This document shows, piece by piece, positions 42,676 through 54,026 of a DNA stretch of 64,000 nucleotides. Made by a program: the position numbers and the translations under genes. The stretch is from an uncultured Verrucomicrobiae bacterium. GTDB lineage: Bacteria > Verrucomicrobiota > Verrucomicrobiia > Chthoniobacterales > JAFAMB01. Under the pieces are notes generated by a model. It searched no databases. It was not told the origin of the DNA and worked only from the letters and a program-made list of their open reading frames with translations. Every line of letters begins with the position of its first letter. Position 1 is the first letter of the stretch. The stretch covers positions 128,001 through 192,000 of the forward strand of contig CAWAIK010000005.1 in the NCBI GenBank assembly GCA_963782115.1, written 5' to 3'.

Positions 42676-45621
42676 TCACTTCATCATTCCTGTCCGAATT
42701 CCCTCTTCAATCGCCATCTGCAGCACTTGAGCGAGATGCAACGCGTGGCGATCGGTCGTCTGTGAGATCTGTTCGCGACAACTGAAGCCATCGGCGACAA
42801 TCAATGTGTCCTTGGCAGTTCTTTGGATCGCCGGCAGAAGCACGAGCTCGCCGACTCTGATCGACGTGTCGTAATGATCCGCTTCAAAACCGAATGCTCC
42901 GGCCATGCCGCAACAGCCGGAGTCCAAAAGATTGAGATCGAGCTCCATCCTCTTTAACAGCTTTTCTTCGGCCGTCATTTTGATTAGTGCCTTCTGATGG
43001 CAATGACAGTGCACGAGCGCTTTGCGATGCAACTTCGGGATTTCATATTTCGACGCCTTTTCATTTAGGAATTCGGCGAGCACATACGTCTGTTTTGTCA
43101 GCCGTTTCGCGTCATGGTTATTCGGCAGCAGGTTGATCAATTCATCTTTGAAAACGGCGTAGCAGCTCGGCTCCAATACGACGATGGGTGTGCCGGCACG
43201 GATGTATCGCTGTAATTCAACGAGCATTTTTTTCAGCCAACGTTGAGCCGTCTCGAGCATGCCGTAGTCGTAAAGAGGGCGGCCGCAACACATGTCTTTT
43301 TCAGGAATGACAACGCGGAATCCTGCAGCTTCGAGAACCCCGACCGCCGCCTTCGCGGTGTCGGGATGGAAGTAATTATTGAACGTGTCGGGCCAAAGCA
43401 CGACCGGTGGCTTCTTGTCGTTCTGCGTCGCGCGTTGACGAAACCACTTTTTGAACGACTGGGCTGCGAACGCTGGAACGCTGCGCTGCGGCGCGATGCC
43501 GATGACCCTTTTGAAAACGTCGCGAAAAATCGGCGCGTGCGAAAAGAAATTGGCGATATGGGGCGTGTGCGTCGCGAGCCTGGCCCAGATGTGGATCAGT
43601 CCGAAGGCGTAAGCGTAGGTCGGCCGCAACCGGCCCTTGTAATAATGGGCGAGGAACTCTGCCTTGTAGGTCGCCATGTCCACGTTTACTGGGCAATCGC
43701 CTTTGCAGCCTTTGCACGCGAGACAGAGATCGAGCGCTTCTTTAACGCTCTTGTCGCGCCAGCCGTGGTGCAAAAAATCACCTCGCAACATTTCAAAAAG
43801 CAGATGCGCACGCCCCCGCGTCGCGTGTTCCTCCTCGTGCGTGACCCTGTAACTGGGGCACATGGTGCCGCCGGATTCGCGTCGGCAAAGGCCGACGCCC
43901 ACGCAGCGCAACGTCGCGTGCGCAAAGCTCTGGTTGTCGTCAGGGAACTGGAAAAACGTCGCCGGCTGTGCGGGCTGATAGGTCTCGCCGAGTCGCAGCT
44001 CCGCCGTCGCTGGATTCGGGTCGACGATCTTGCCCGGATTCATTTTCCATTGCGGATCCCAAATCGTTTTGAATTCTCGAAATGCCTGCACCAGTTCCTC
44101 ACCGAACATTTTCGGCAACAAAGTTGCACGCGCCTGGCCGTCGCCATGTTCGCCTGAAATTGAGCCGCCGTAACTCACTACGAGATCGGCGGCGTCATCG
44201 AGAAAGGAATGGAACTTTTCCCTACCGCCTTGCGTTCCGAATTCGAACGGCAACCGGCAATGCACAAGTCCCTGGCCAAAATGGCCGTAGACCGATGCGT
44301 CGTAATCGTGGCGCGCGAAAAGTTTTTTTAGGGCGCGCAAGTAATCCCCGATGCGGTCCGGCGGCACGGCCGAATCTTCCCATCCTGGCCAGCGATCCGG
44401 CTTGCCGGGCGCGAACGCGGTAGCACCGAGGGCACTCTCGCGCACTTCCCACAGCTTTGCTTCTGACTCCGCATTGTCGTAAAGTTTAGTGTCCGGCGCG
44501 AAGGGGCCTTTCTTGAGCGCCGAGATCAGTTCGCACGCGCGATCGTCCGCTTCCTTCTTGCTCTCCGCGCCGAATTCGACCATTAGCCAGCCGCGTCCTT
44601 TGGGCAGCAACTTGAGCTCGTCTGGATGAAGCTTGTGCTCTTTCATCAGATTGACCATCTCGTCATCGAATCCTTCAAGGCCGATCGGCTTGTGCCCCAT
44701 GATTTCCGGACAATGGTCGCCCGCCTGGAAGATGTCGGGATAGCCGAGCACGAGAAGCGAACGCGCTTTGGGCTGCGGAATTAGCTGGAGCGTGGCTTCA
44801 AGAATTGTGATGCAAGTGCCTTCAGTGCCGGCAAGCGCGCGAGCGACGTGGAATCCATTTTCCGGCAGCAAATCGTCGAGGTTGTAACCGGATACGCGCC
44901 GCGGGATTTTCGGGTAGCGCTCTCGAATCAGCGGCGCGTATTTGTCGCGCAGCGCTTTCAATTTCCGATAAATCTCCGCGCGCGGACCGCCGTCGTGAGC
45001 GATGCTCGCGAGCTCTTCTTCGCTGGTTTTGCCGACGCGCATACGCAGTCCGTCGTAGGTGAAAATTTCCAGCGCCTCGAGATTGTCGGAAGTCCGCGCG
45101 CCGGTGCCGGCAAATTGCGCCATGACCGAATGCACACCACACGAGTTGTTGCCGATCATGCCGCCGATCGTGCATCGATTATGTGTCGCCGGGTCGGGTC
45201 CGAACGTAAGCCCATGCGCCACCGCGCGAGCGCGCAAATCGTCGAGCACAATGCCGGGCCGCGCCGTGGCGAGCCGTTTTTGCGGATCGATCGCGATAAA
45301 GTCGTGAAAGTATTTCGACATGTCCATCACGACCGCGACGTTGCAGCATTGACCGGCGAGACTGGTGCCGCATCCGCGTGAAAGGACCGGCGCGCCGTGC
45401 CGGTTCGCGGTCAGAATGGTCTGCGTGACGTCTTCGGCGTCGCGCGGCATAACGACGCCGATCGGCACCTCGCGGTAATTCGAGCCGTCGGCTGCGTAAA
45501 GCGCGCGACTGCCGGAATCGAACCGCACTTCGCCGCGGATTTTGCCTCGGAGTTCTTCCGCTAGCGCGCCGGAATCGCCGTGAAAGGCGCTCCCGTTTTG
45601 CGACCCGGCGATTTTGCTCAT
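42676..45621 (-). CDS. FAD-binding / 4Fe-4S oxidoreductase (GlcD-GlpC fusion type), intact 981 aa
   Basis: GTSLAGQ, CTIGGMIGNN, GSISGEHGDG, CVGVGLC, CLACKGCKGDCP, CCG motifs. Confidence 0.9.
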   Translation of the reverse strand: MSKIAGSQNGSAFHGDSGALAEELRGKIRGEVRFDSGSRALYAADGSNYREVPIGVVMPRDAEDVTQTILTANRHGAPVLSRGCGTSLAGQCCNVAVVMDMSKYFHDFIAIDPQKRLATARPGIVLDDLRARAVAHGLTFGPDPATHNRCTIGGMIGNNSCGVHSVMAQFAGTGARTSDNLEALEIFTYDGLRMRVGKTSEEELASIAHDGGPRAEIYRKLKALRDKYAPLIRERYPKIPRRVSGYNLDDLLPENGFHVARALAGTEGTCITILEATLQLIPQPKARSLLVLGYPDIFQAGDHCPEIMGHKPIGLEGFDDEMVNLMKEHKLHPDELKLLPKGRGWLMVEFGAESKKEADDRACELISALKKGPFAPDTKLYDNAESEAKLWEVRESALGATAFAPGKPDRWPGWEDSAVPPDRIGDYLRALKKLFARHDYDASVYGHFGQGLVHCRLPFEFGTQGGREKFHSFLDDAADLVVSYGGSISGEHGDGQARATLLPKMFGEELVQAFREFKTIWDPQWKMNPGKIVDPNPATAELRLGETYQPAQPATFFQFPDDNQSFAHATLRCVGVGLCRRESGGTMCPSYRVTHEEEHATRGRAHLLFEMLRGDFLHHGWRDKSVKEALDLCLACKGCKGDCPVNVDMATYKAEFLAHYYKGRLRPTYAYAFGLIHIWARLATHTPHIANFFSHAPIFRDVFKRVIGIAPQRSVPAFAAQSFKKWFRQRATQNDKKPPVVLWPDTFNNYFHPDTAKAAVGVLEAAGFRVVIPEKDMCCGRPLYDYGMLETAQRWLKKMLVELQRYIRAGTPIVVLEPSCYAVFKDELINLLPNNHDAKRLTKQTYVLAEFLNEKASKYEIPKLHRKALVHCHCHQKALIKMTAEEKLLKRMELDLNLLDSGCCGMAGAFGFEADHYDTSIRVGELVLLPAIQRTAKDTLIVADGFSCREQISQTTDRHALHLAQVLQMAIEEGIRTGMMK

Positions 45622-45722
45622 AGAATCTCAGGCGTACCCTTCGGCGATTACCCATCGCGGTTGACCGATCCTGTTTCTCGTGATCTTACCTCACGAAGTG
45701 GACTGATACTGGCATGTTGGAA

Positions 45723-48086
45723 TCAGTTTATCGTAACGCGAAAATCTTTCCCCTCCCATCGGTCGCTCCAATGGAAGGTAAAAACAATAGAGGCCCCCCG
45801 AGGCAGGCTTTGCGCGTCCAAATCGGCAAACCAGCAACCAATGCCTGCGTCGGTGAGTTTGGTCTCCTTAGCGGTCACCCAATTATCAAAACTCCAGCGC
45901 AAGATAGCCGGCGCGCCAGTGATGATGCGCAAAGTTTTGCCGTGGACGATGCGGTCAGTCTGGTAATCAAACGTCCACATCTCGATACTACTGGCAGCCT
46001 TGTCGATCACATAACGCTGATGGACAGGCTCGATCCGGGCGATGCAGCGGCCTGCTCGGCTGCTGCAAACAAGCGAAAGATATTCCGCGTGCGCCCAGCA
46101 GAGCGGCATAGCTGAACCCGCTGGACGACCTTTGAATAGCTCCAGAGGTGGAATATCGTTCATCCACCAAAGCTGCTCGGGCAACATCCCGCCTTCATTT
46201 GAGAAATTTTCCATTGCCTTAATGAAGGGCAACGGGTCACGCCCAGCGGCCAGCTCGTAGTGACCGCGTTCGCCCGTGAGCAAAGGCCATGCACCCCCGA
46301 CGCCGGAGCCGTCGAAAGCCTCGCCGTCCGCCTTCTGTCCATACCCGTCATGATTGTAGCGCAGCCACGAAGGGCCACCGGGAAGGTCGCGCTTCAGGAC
46401 GTGATCGATCACTGCGACCGAATCGCGCATCAGCGCGCTATCCGCTTGGCGCACCCCGAGTCGGACAAGATCAAGAAAGTCCCCGCCCACAACGTTGCGC
46501 GCCGGATGTTTGCCGCCGCCGTTGCGCAAATCAATGACAGCTTCATTGGGATCGATACTCAACCCGATCATCTGCGGGTCAGAAGGGTTAATGCGAATGT
46601 AATGGCGCGGCACACCAGGGCACAACTCACCACGATCGGTCACCGTCCAATCTTCTACATGAGCGGAAAGCCAGTCCGCGTAGTCCAGGAGAAAATCCAC
46701 TGTTTCCTTAGCGCCCTTTTCCTTCGCGAAGCCGGAGGCGCAAACCAATCCCGCGATCAGGGCGGCCAGAGTTGAGGGTGAATACCCGGAGTTCTCTTCC
46801 CAGCGCTCCTGCGCGCTCACCGGCGCATGCTGCATTATGTACGCGGCAGCGCGGGAAACTAGTCCCCACGGATCGAACGCCTCCAGGACCCCGGCCTCTT
46901 TGGCTCTCCAGGCAAGCAGAATCGGGGCGGCGACTTCATCAAGTTGTTTCCCGCTCCAGTACGCGTCTCCGCTAACCCAGCTATTCTGGGGCACATGGCC
47001 ATCAGGTTGTTGGATACAGGCGAGCCAGACCAGTGCGCGTAGCGGGGACTCCCGGTGACCAGCGGCCAGGAGAGCACTGCCGGTTTGCACCATGTCACGC
47101 GGCCAGACAAGATGATAGCCACCGAGCTCGTCGTCGCCTTTCATCTCGCCCCACGGAATGCTCATCGACGCAACGAAAGCGCCTCGAAAAATCTTATCCT
47201 CGTGAGCCACCAGGATGCATTCGCTCACACGCAGCAGGCGGCCGCTGTCGCCGGTGTGTTCATTCAACCGCTCGTCCGAGATTTGTCGGCACTGCCATTG
47301 CTTGATGTAAACTTCTCGCTGAACTTTGAAGGGCAGAGAAAGGGATTGGCAGAGTTTGGCGGCAGCACTGTGGGCGGTGCGGCCGAAGGCGAGCCCGATT
47401 GTAAACTCAGCATCCTGGGTGAGATCGATCTCGCCAGTTAGGGCTATGTTGCCGTTCTCGGCGCGGTCAAATTCGTAGTCCATTCGAAAGTTGTCCTTCA
47501 AATCCCTCCACCCGTCGGTTGCTCCGACATATCCAACCGATCGCCTCGTAAAGTCGGGAGAACTACCGAAAGCGGCATAAATGTCGGAGCGTTCGAGGTG
47601 AAAAAAGCGATGGGCGTTAACGTCTTCAACCCAGGCAGTGTTACCGCAACCGTGACGCTTTAGGTGCGGGGCAAGAAGTGCATAAACTTGGAGTTTCCCG
47701 AGTAGTTTTTCATCATGGATTTCGAGCCGCGCGTGGATTAACACCACAGACGCATGCGGATCGGTAATGATTTCTTTGATCAGCAGGTAGCGTCCCTGGC
47801 GGTCGCAATTTGTGAGACGATAATAAAGGGCGCGCTGTTCGGGATATTCGATCTTGTGATCAAGGTCGCGTTTCTCCTCGTGGCAGAATGTCTCACCGTC
47901 GGTGATTAAAAATTGCAGATCACGCGTGTTCGGACAATCGACATTTGGATAATAGATCTCGTTGAGAATGCCGTGGCTCAGTGTAAACCAAGTGTGGCAA
48001 CTCGTGTGGTACGCGGTCCCGATGCCTTGCTTGCTGCTGCGGGTCCACTTCGGGTTAACGCCAGGTGAGCCAAAGGCCGTAGTCAT
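45723..48086 (-). CDS. Glucan 1,4-alpha-glucosidase (GH15 glucoamylase), intact 787 aa
   Basis: GGYHLVWPRD, QERWEE, RYNHDGYG, WPLLTGERG, SAMPLCWAHAEY. Confidence 0.9.
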   Translation of the reverse strand: MTTAFGSPGVNPKWTRSSKQGIGTAYHTSCHTWFTLSHGILNEIYYPNVDCPNTRDLQFLITDGETFCHEEKRDLDHKIEYPEQRALYYRLTNCDRQGRYLLIKEIITDPHASVVLIHARLEIHDEKLLGKLQVYALLAPHLKRHGCGNTAWVEDVNAHRFFHLERSDIYAAFGSSPDFTRRSVGYVGATDGWRDLKDNFRMDYEFDRAENGNIALTGEIDLTQDAEFTIGLAFGRTAHSAAAKLCQSLSLPFKVQREVYIKQWQCRQISDERLNEHTGDSGRLLRVSECILVAHEDKIFRGAFVASMSIPWGEMKGDDELGGYHLVWPRDMVQTGSALLAAGHRESPLRALVWLACIQQPDGHVPQNSWVSGDAYWSGKQLDEVAAPILLAWRAKEAGVLEAFDPWGLVSRAAAYIMQHAPVSAQERWEENSGYSPSTLAALIAGLVCASGFAKEKGAKETVDFLLDYADWLSAHVEDWTVTDRGELCPGVPRHYIRINPSDPQMIGLSIDPNEAVIDLRNGGGKHPARNVVGGDFLDLVRLGVRQADSALMRDSVAVIDHVLKRDLPGGPSWLRYNHDGYGQKADGEAFDGSGVGGAWPLLTGERGHYELAAGRDPLPFIKAMENFSNEGGMLPEQLWWMNDIPPLELFKGRPAGSAMPLCWAHAEYLSLVCSSRAGRCIARIEPVHQRYVIDKAASSIEMWTFDYQTDRIVHGKTLRIITGAPAILRWSFDNWVTAKETKLTDAGIGCWFADLDAQSLPRGASIVFTFHWSDRWEGKDFRVTIN

Positions 48087-48104
48087 ACGAATTGGGGTGA
48101 AGAC

Positions 48105-48327
48105 ACGTTCTTTGCCCGCTTCCCAGTTCCAAAATCCTCATACATGATCACGACATTGAATGGTGTAGGCGGACTCCGTTCGCCAGACGGCATCTCTTGG
48201 GACAACAAGAGGGATCGCATAGGAATTTAATTCTTGCCCCATTTTCTAGCTCTGACAATCGGGCCTTTTCCCAACTCACACCCCCGAAATTTTCTGATAT
48301 CCATCGGCGAGTTCTTCTGTGTCACCA
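48105..48327 (-). pseudogene. Copy 2 of the upstream region and 5' end of the 39089-39589 gene
   Basis: Aligns to 39480-39697; truncated after GKRAK. Confidence 0.85.
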
Positions 48328-48480
48328 GCGCAACCTTGCGTCGAAGCCGGCTACGCCAATGGTTGAGACGAAAGTACAAGATAAAGGGGGAGGGTCGAGA
48401 ATCACTTCCCGACGGCTATTCTTTGTCAGCAGGTTGGACTAATCCCGCTGACCCGCTATCAGAACAACAGCAAGCGCTGG

Positions 48481-48906
48481 TTGCGGGTCGCAATCACGCA
48501 CTGTAGGCGGTCTCCTATCCCCTACGAGGGACTTCTGCTCAGCACGAAGGTCATGGGCAGCCACATCAAGAACCTGCAAAATCAGGACATCGGCACGATC
48601 GACGACTTGATCTTTAATCCCGACACCGGCCGCGTGCGCTTCGCCGTGCTTAGCGTCGGCAGCTTCCTGGGTGTTGGCGAAACAAAGGTCGCCGTGCCTT
48701 GGGCCGCGGTGGGTCTGGAAAAGAATTCGCCCGGGGAGGCTCCCAGCTATGTGGTCGACGCCACGAAGGACAAGCTGGAAAAGGCGCCAAGGTTTGACGC
48801 CAATAAACTGAGCGATCTCTATGCCCGCACAACGGCGCAGCCGATCTTCGACTACTACGATATCATCTTTTTCGAAGACGTACTCGGAGCCTTTGATCAT
48901 TCCTAG
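48481..48906 (+). pseudogene. PRC-barrel protein, native N-terminus probably lost
   Basis: IGTIDDLIF...FAVLSVGSFLGVGETKVAVPW...KDKLEKAP. Confidence 0.7.
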
Positions 48907-49374
48907 TTTATGTACCCGCGGAAGAAAATTGGGGCGGATTCCAACTGGAAATACAACGAACTGTCTCCTGCCCCGATCTGATCAAAGCCATTCACGTAGA
49001 ACGAACTGCAATTAATCAGGACGAATTTTCGCGAGCGGAGTGGTTTTGGAATCGGCGGCCGAAGGCTCTATGCCTAAGTTTGACTTTTATCTTCTGCTAC
49101 ATAAATCGTTTTTGTTTGTCTTCTCTATCTTGTTCCAGAAAGTGTCCCATCACTCCTATCTGGGTGGTTGGCGTTTTTTAGATTGTGTTCGTCTTGATCG
49201 ATGGAGAAGTGAATACGAGTCAAGTATTAAACGGGCTATTGTTCATCTGTTGAAACGGTAAAGCAGTCTTGAACAAGACAAATGATTTCAAGCTGACGCG
49301 GTAGCCACATTTCCACGCAGGGGTGCGAAATGACCCGAGGTTGGGAGCCTGAGAGATGCCCCGACCTTTCGCGA

Positions 49375-50047
49375 TTACGTCGATTCCTGAGAGTGGGCCC
49401 AATCAAAAGCGAAGCGTACCAGTTCCGGCGCGCCTTTTAGGTCCAGCTTTTCTTTGAGATGGGTGCGATGACCGGTCCACCGTCTTTTGACTGAGATGAA
49501 GCCGATCGGCGATGTCTTTCGAACTCAATCCCTCTACGAGTAAGTTCAATACCTCCATTTCGCGATCACTCAGCCGAGCGATCGGCGAAGTTTCCTTGCT
49601 GCCGATCCCGTGCAGGTACTGGTGCACAATGCTTTTCTGCATTCTTTCGCTGACGTAATCGCTTCCGGAAAGCACTGTACGGATCGCTTCCATAATGCGA
49701 TCGCGCGCTTCGCGCTTCATTACGTAACCGCTCGCGCCGGCTCGCAGCGCGCGTTCCGCGTAGCGTGACTCGTCATGCATCGAAAGTACGAGCACAGGAA
49801 CCGACGGACGAACGGCTTTCAAATTCTTGATCAACTCGATGCCGTTTACGCCCACGAGCGTAATGTCGACGATAGCGAGATCGGGATTAAGCCGAGTGAC
49901 AGCTTCCAGGGCTTGCTCGGCGCTTGCCACCTCGCCGCGTACTGCCATGTCAGCTTCTTCCCGGATGAGCTGCGCCAATCCATCGCGAACGATCGGGTGG
50001 TCATCCACAAGCAGAACTTCGGACTTCGCTCTTGTTCCTTTTCTCAT
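49375..50047 (-). pseudogene. NarL/LuxR response regulator, frameshift in the HTH
   Basis: VLLVDDHPIVRDGL...LSDREMEVL...SQKTVD / HRTHLKEKL. Confidence 0.85.
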
Positions 50048-50289
50048 CGGACCTATAACGGTGTTTAACGGAGTTGAACTCGCACCGAACCGTAGTTCCG
50101 CCGCCGGGGGTGATCTTAACATCCAACTCAGCGTCGATGAGCCGGGCGCGATGCTGAGAAGCTTCACTCAATGTAACGACGCAAGGCTTGGCTGTCTCGA
50201 CGCTGCTGTGTACGTGTGGCGTCTATCGACTTAAGTTTCTCCAAAATGACGGACAATTTCCGGTGATACAGTGGATCGTCCAGATTCGC

Positions 50290-50428
50290 TGCAAGAACGA
50301 TGAGAGCGTTGAGCCGCGAATTCTTGATCAGTTAGCTAAAGCCCCGCCGCAAGGATTCGCGCGCTGGAATGGCCGGCTGATTTCCGAAGCTTTGGGTGAC
50401 TTCAGTGATGATGCTGTCTGGCGGCGCT
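50290..50428 (+). mobile_element. IS630-family transposase HTH-region fragment
   Basis: RILDQLAKAPPQGFARWNGRLISEALGDFSDDAVWR. Confidence 0.6.
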
Positions 50429-50429
50429 T

Positions 50430-50981
50430 TTCCGGACAGATCCGCCCCAGGAATGCCAAGTACTCACCCGATGTCTCTTGAAGGTGATAAAGATCTTCTG
50501 GGATGCCGTGATAGACCGTGCCGCGCCATCCAATCCACGGTAAGGGTTGTCGCTGCGCATCTGAAATCGACACGACGTTCATCTCTCGGAATTCCTTGTA
50601 CAGCGGCACCAAATCAGGAATGAAAAGGTTGCCATGAAGGGTAGTGACAGCGGGGACATGCTGCCGCTTTGTAAATGGAAAATGAAGGTAGTCGATGTGG
50701 AAGTGCAAAACATCGAACTGATGCGCCTCCCGAAAGACGAGTTCGAGCAGACGAATGTAGTGCGCCACCGTATCAATAACTGGCGTTGGACTCAGCCGCA
50801 ACGCCGATTCCGAAGCTGGAACCAGCCGCGCACCCGTCACAGAATCTGCGCTGGCGAAGAGCGTAACATCGTGGTTTCTCGCTACCAGTTCCTCGGTCAG
50901 GTAAGAAACGATTCTTTCCGTGCCGCCATAAAATTTGGGAGGAACGCTCTCATAAAGTGGAGCGATCTGGGCAATTTTCAT
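50430..50981 (-). pseudogene. Glycosyltransferase family 4, C-terminal half missing
   Basis: MKIAQIAPLYESVPPKFYGGTERIV...YLAFLGRICPEK. Confidence 0.85.
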
Positions 50982-51014
50982 CGTTTGTCTGGTCTTCTTC
51001 GCATCCGTGATGGG

Positions 51015-51095
51015 CTTAACTGCTCTCGCGAGCTGTTCCACGCCCCGGAGCGGCGCGTGACGGGCTGTCTCAAACTGCAATTGTTTTGCTGCCAT
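51015..51095 (-). pseudogene. groL: GroEL 5' stub
   Basis: MAAKQLQF-ETARHAPLRGVEQLARAVK. Confidence 0.85.
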
Positions 51096-51123
51096 AGATC
51101 TATCTAATAAGTGTCTCTAATAG

Positions 51124-51215
51124 CTACCCAATGATTCCGCAATACCGTCCTCTCACATACTCAGCTAGCTCTCACTGTCGATCTTGCTCTCGGTGCCACG
51201 GATTCGGAGATGATG
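51124..51215 (-). pseudogene. groS: GroES 3' remnant, heavily decayed
   Basis: GTESKIDSES*LSM*EDGI/GIIG* directly upstream of the groL stub, matching GTEIKIDGESYLIMREDDILGII. Confidence 0.65.
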
Positions 51216-51274
51216 TTTTTTGGGACATAGACAGAGTGCTAAATTCCATTGCCAAAACATTCCAATGGTCACGA

Positions 51275-51400
51275 TTGTCCGTTGTTTGATGAGTTGCACA
51301 TAAGCCGATGACAACTCGATTAGCATTGCTGTCCTACCGAACTCCAACGCGATCTTTCCCGTGGTGCCAGATCCGAGAGACGTGGAGCATGGCACGCACG
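51275..51400 (-). pseudogene. N4/N6 DNA methyltransferase C-terminal remnant
   Basis: LGSGTTGKIALEFGRTAMLIELSSAYVQLIKQR. Confidence 0.6.
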
Positions 51401-52160
51401 CGGTTTGGTGACTCGTCTGCCGGTTCAGGCCCGTGGCTGGTCGGCGGAATCCAGCCATCGGCTATTGTCAATTGTCTGCGTCCACTGCTCACGTATGCGA
51501 GAGACACGTCACAGGCTACTGTGCTCTATGCACCACGACATCCTTGCCGAAGTATGCGAGAAGCTCGCATCGTTAGGCTAAGTAAATCTCTTAGTGGAGT
51601 CGTCACCAACGGCCTTCAGCATTGTTTGCGGAACGGAAAGCGTATCGATGGCTTGACCTAAAGTGAGAAATTTTCGGAGGGCTGGACGGGGAGATTTGCT
51701 AGTTGCCGATTGAAATCGCGCGCAGTTGAATGATGGATGAGTCGCTAAATCGAAATAATAGGAATCATTGTTGCATGGGACAGATCCCTAATGAGCGTGC
51801 GAAAGCAATCGCCAGGCTGATCATCTTTGGCGGCCCGGCTTCGGTTCTCACAATTTGCGCAACTCTATGCGCCTTCGCACCGTCCGATTATCGGACGCAC
51901 GCGTCGATGTCTCAATCGATCAGCAAATTTGCTCGGCCTATCCTCCCAAAGGGTTTTCCCGCTCTTTTGCAAAAAAGTTTAAATCTAAGAAACCAGCTAA
52001 AACTGTTCCAAACGATGGGGGGAACACGTCTTGATGCAACGGCTGCTCCGATAGCGGCCCGGGCGGGAATGCTCGCACTCGCCGGATCTGACATTATGAC
52101 ATTCAACATCGAACGAAAAATCTGGGCCATCGCGGAGGGTTGCATCCACGGGCGAAGCAC

Positions 52161-54026
52161 ATGAACCCAGCGGACCAAGGGCCCATGCCCTTCCCGCCGA
52201 TCCATCGGCACGGCGTCATCGGTGACCGACGCACGGGGGCTTTGGTCGCCGCCGACGGCACGCTCGACTGGTTTTGCGTGCCGAACTTCGACGGCCCTCC
52301 CCTTTTCGGCACGTTGCTTGACCCGGAGCGCGGCGGGTTCTGCCGTTTCGGTCCGGCCCGAGCCAGCCTGGGACGGCAACATTACCTGTCCGAAACCGCC
52401 GCTGTGGTGACGAGTTGGACCGGAGCGACGCTAAACCGCAGCACACTTGAGTTGGGGGACGTGATGGCGTGGCCGGCCGATGAGCGCCCCGAACAAGCAC
52501 GAGATCACCGGGTTATCGTACGGCGGCTGCACGCTCGGGAAACGGCCAACGCCCGTTTCGAAGCGCGGCCGCGGTGGGAATTTAAGGGCCGGCCCGAAGA
52601 GGTCCGACAGATTCCAGACGGCGCGGCTTTCCGTTTTGCCGCCGGCCAGCTGGCTGTGTGGACTTCGTTTCCGGTCCGGATCGAAGCGGACGCTGTGGTC
52701 GCCGACCTCATCGTCGGCGAGGGCGATGAGTTATGGGCTGTGATCGGGTGGAATTCGCAACCTGGCGATTGGACACGCGGGCGCGCCGCGGAAGTTTTTG
52801 AGGCGGCACTCAGGTACTGGCGCGATTGGAGCGCGAAATTGAAGGTGGATGGTGCCGAGGTTCGTGCCGCAGGCCTGCGCCGCTCCGCCATCACCGTACA
52901 CCTGCTCAGCCACGCGGAGCACGACGCGACGGCGGCTGCGCTCACCTCTTCCCTCCCGGAACGCATCGGCGGGGATCGTAACTACGATTATCGTTTCGCG
53001 TGGGTGCGCGACGCCTCGCTCTCGCTGGGCTCGCTGGCGCGCCTGGGCAACGTCTACGAAGTGCAACGTTACCTCGACTGGCTCTGCCGCCTCGATTCGG
53101 CCACCGACGCACCGCTGCAGGTTTGTTACCGGCTCGACGGTAACACCCGGCTCGAAACGGTGGAACTGTCCGCGGTGCGTGGCTATGCGGATAGCCGGCC
53201 GGTGCGCTACGGCAATCGCGCGGCGAAGCAACGCCAGCTCGGTGCGCTGGCCTTCTTTGCCGACTGCGCGCGCATTTACGTCGAGAGCGGCGGGCAGTGG
53301 CAGGACAAACACTGGCAATTGCTCCGGCGCGCGGTCAACTACATTTGCGGATACTGGCATTTACCTGAGAGCGGCGTTTGGGAGCTACCCGTGGAAGCCC
53401 ATTACGTTGCCAGCAAGGTGATGAGCTGGGTGGTCCTAGAACGCGCCGCACAGATCGCCCGGCTCACTGGCCGAGGCGAGGACGAAGAAATGGCCCACTG
53501 GGGCGCGGTCGCCAAAGCCATCCATGCCGAGGTCATGGACAAAGGCTGGAGCCAAGAACGAAACTCTTTTGTACAACGTTACGAATCTGAGGCGCTGGAT
53601 GCGTCCCTTCTGCTCATTCCGCTCATGGATTTTTTGCCGGTCGATCATCCGCGCGTAGTCAGCACGTTAGCGGCCATCGAACGGGAGTTGGTCATCGACG
53701 GTCTGGTGTACCGCTTTGATCCAACCGCGACGCTCGGCGGCGTCCAGTTGCCGGTAGGCGAGTTCGAGGGCGCCTTCCTGCCCGTGACGTTCTGGTTCGC
53801 GCAGGCTTTGGCCAAAGCCGGCCGCGCGAATGAAGCCGAGGCGATCCTGAAACGGTGCGAAGCCATGGCCGGCGATTTGGGCCTATTCGCAGAGGAGGCC
53901 GACGGGCGTCGTCAGATTTTCCTCGGCAACACGCCTCTTTTATTCTCGCAGGTCGAATACGTTCGTGCGGCACAAGAGGTGGCAGAAGCATGGGACCGCG
54001 CCAAGGGTCCAAAAAAGAGAAAACAC
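52161..54026 (+). CDS. GH15 glycoside hydrolase (trehalase/glucoamylase-like); no stop, reads into the SDR
   Basis: IGDRRTGALV, SLPERIGGDRNYDYRFAWVRD, SGVWE, EGAF, LFAEE, LGNTP. Confidence 0.85.

Noticed and set aside
48910..49370. Possible ncRNA or riboswitch in the AT-rich intergenic region (palindrome GTCTTGAACAAGAC)
   Set aside because: I could not recognise a family or extended structure; an Infernal/Rfam scan would be needed.
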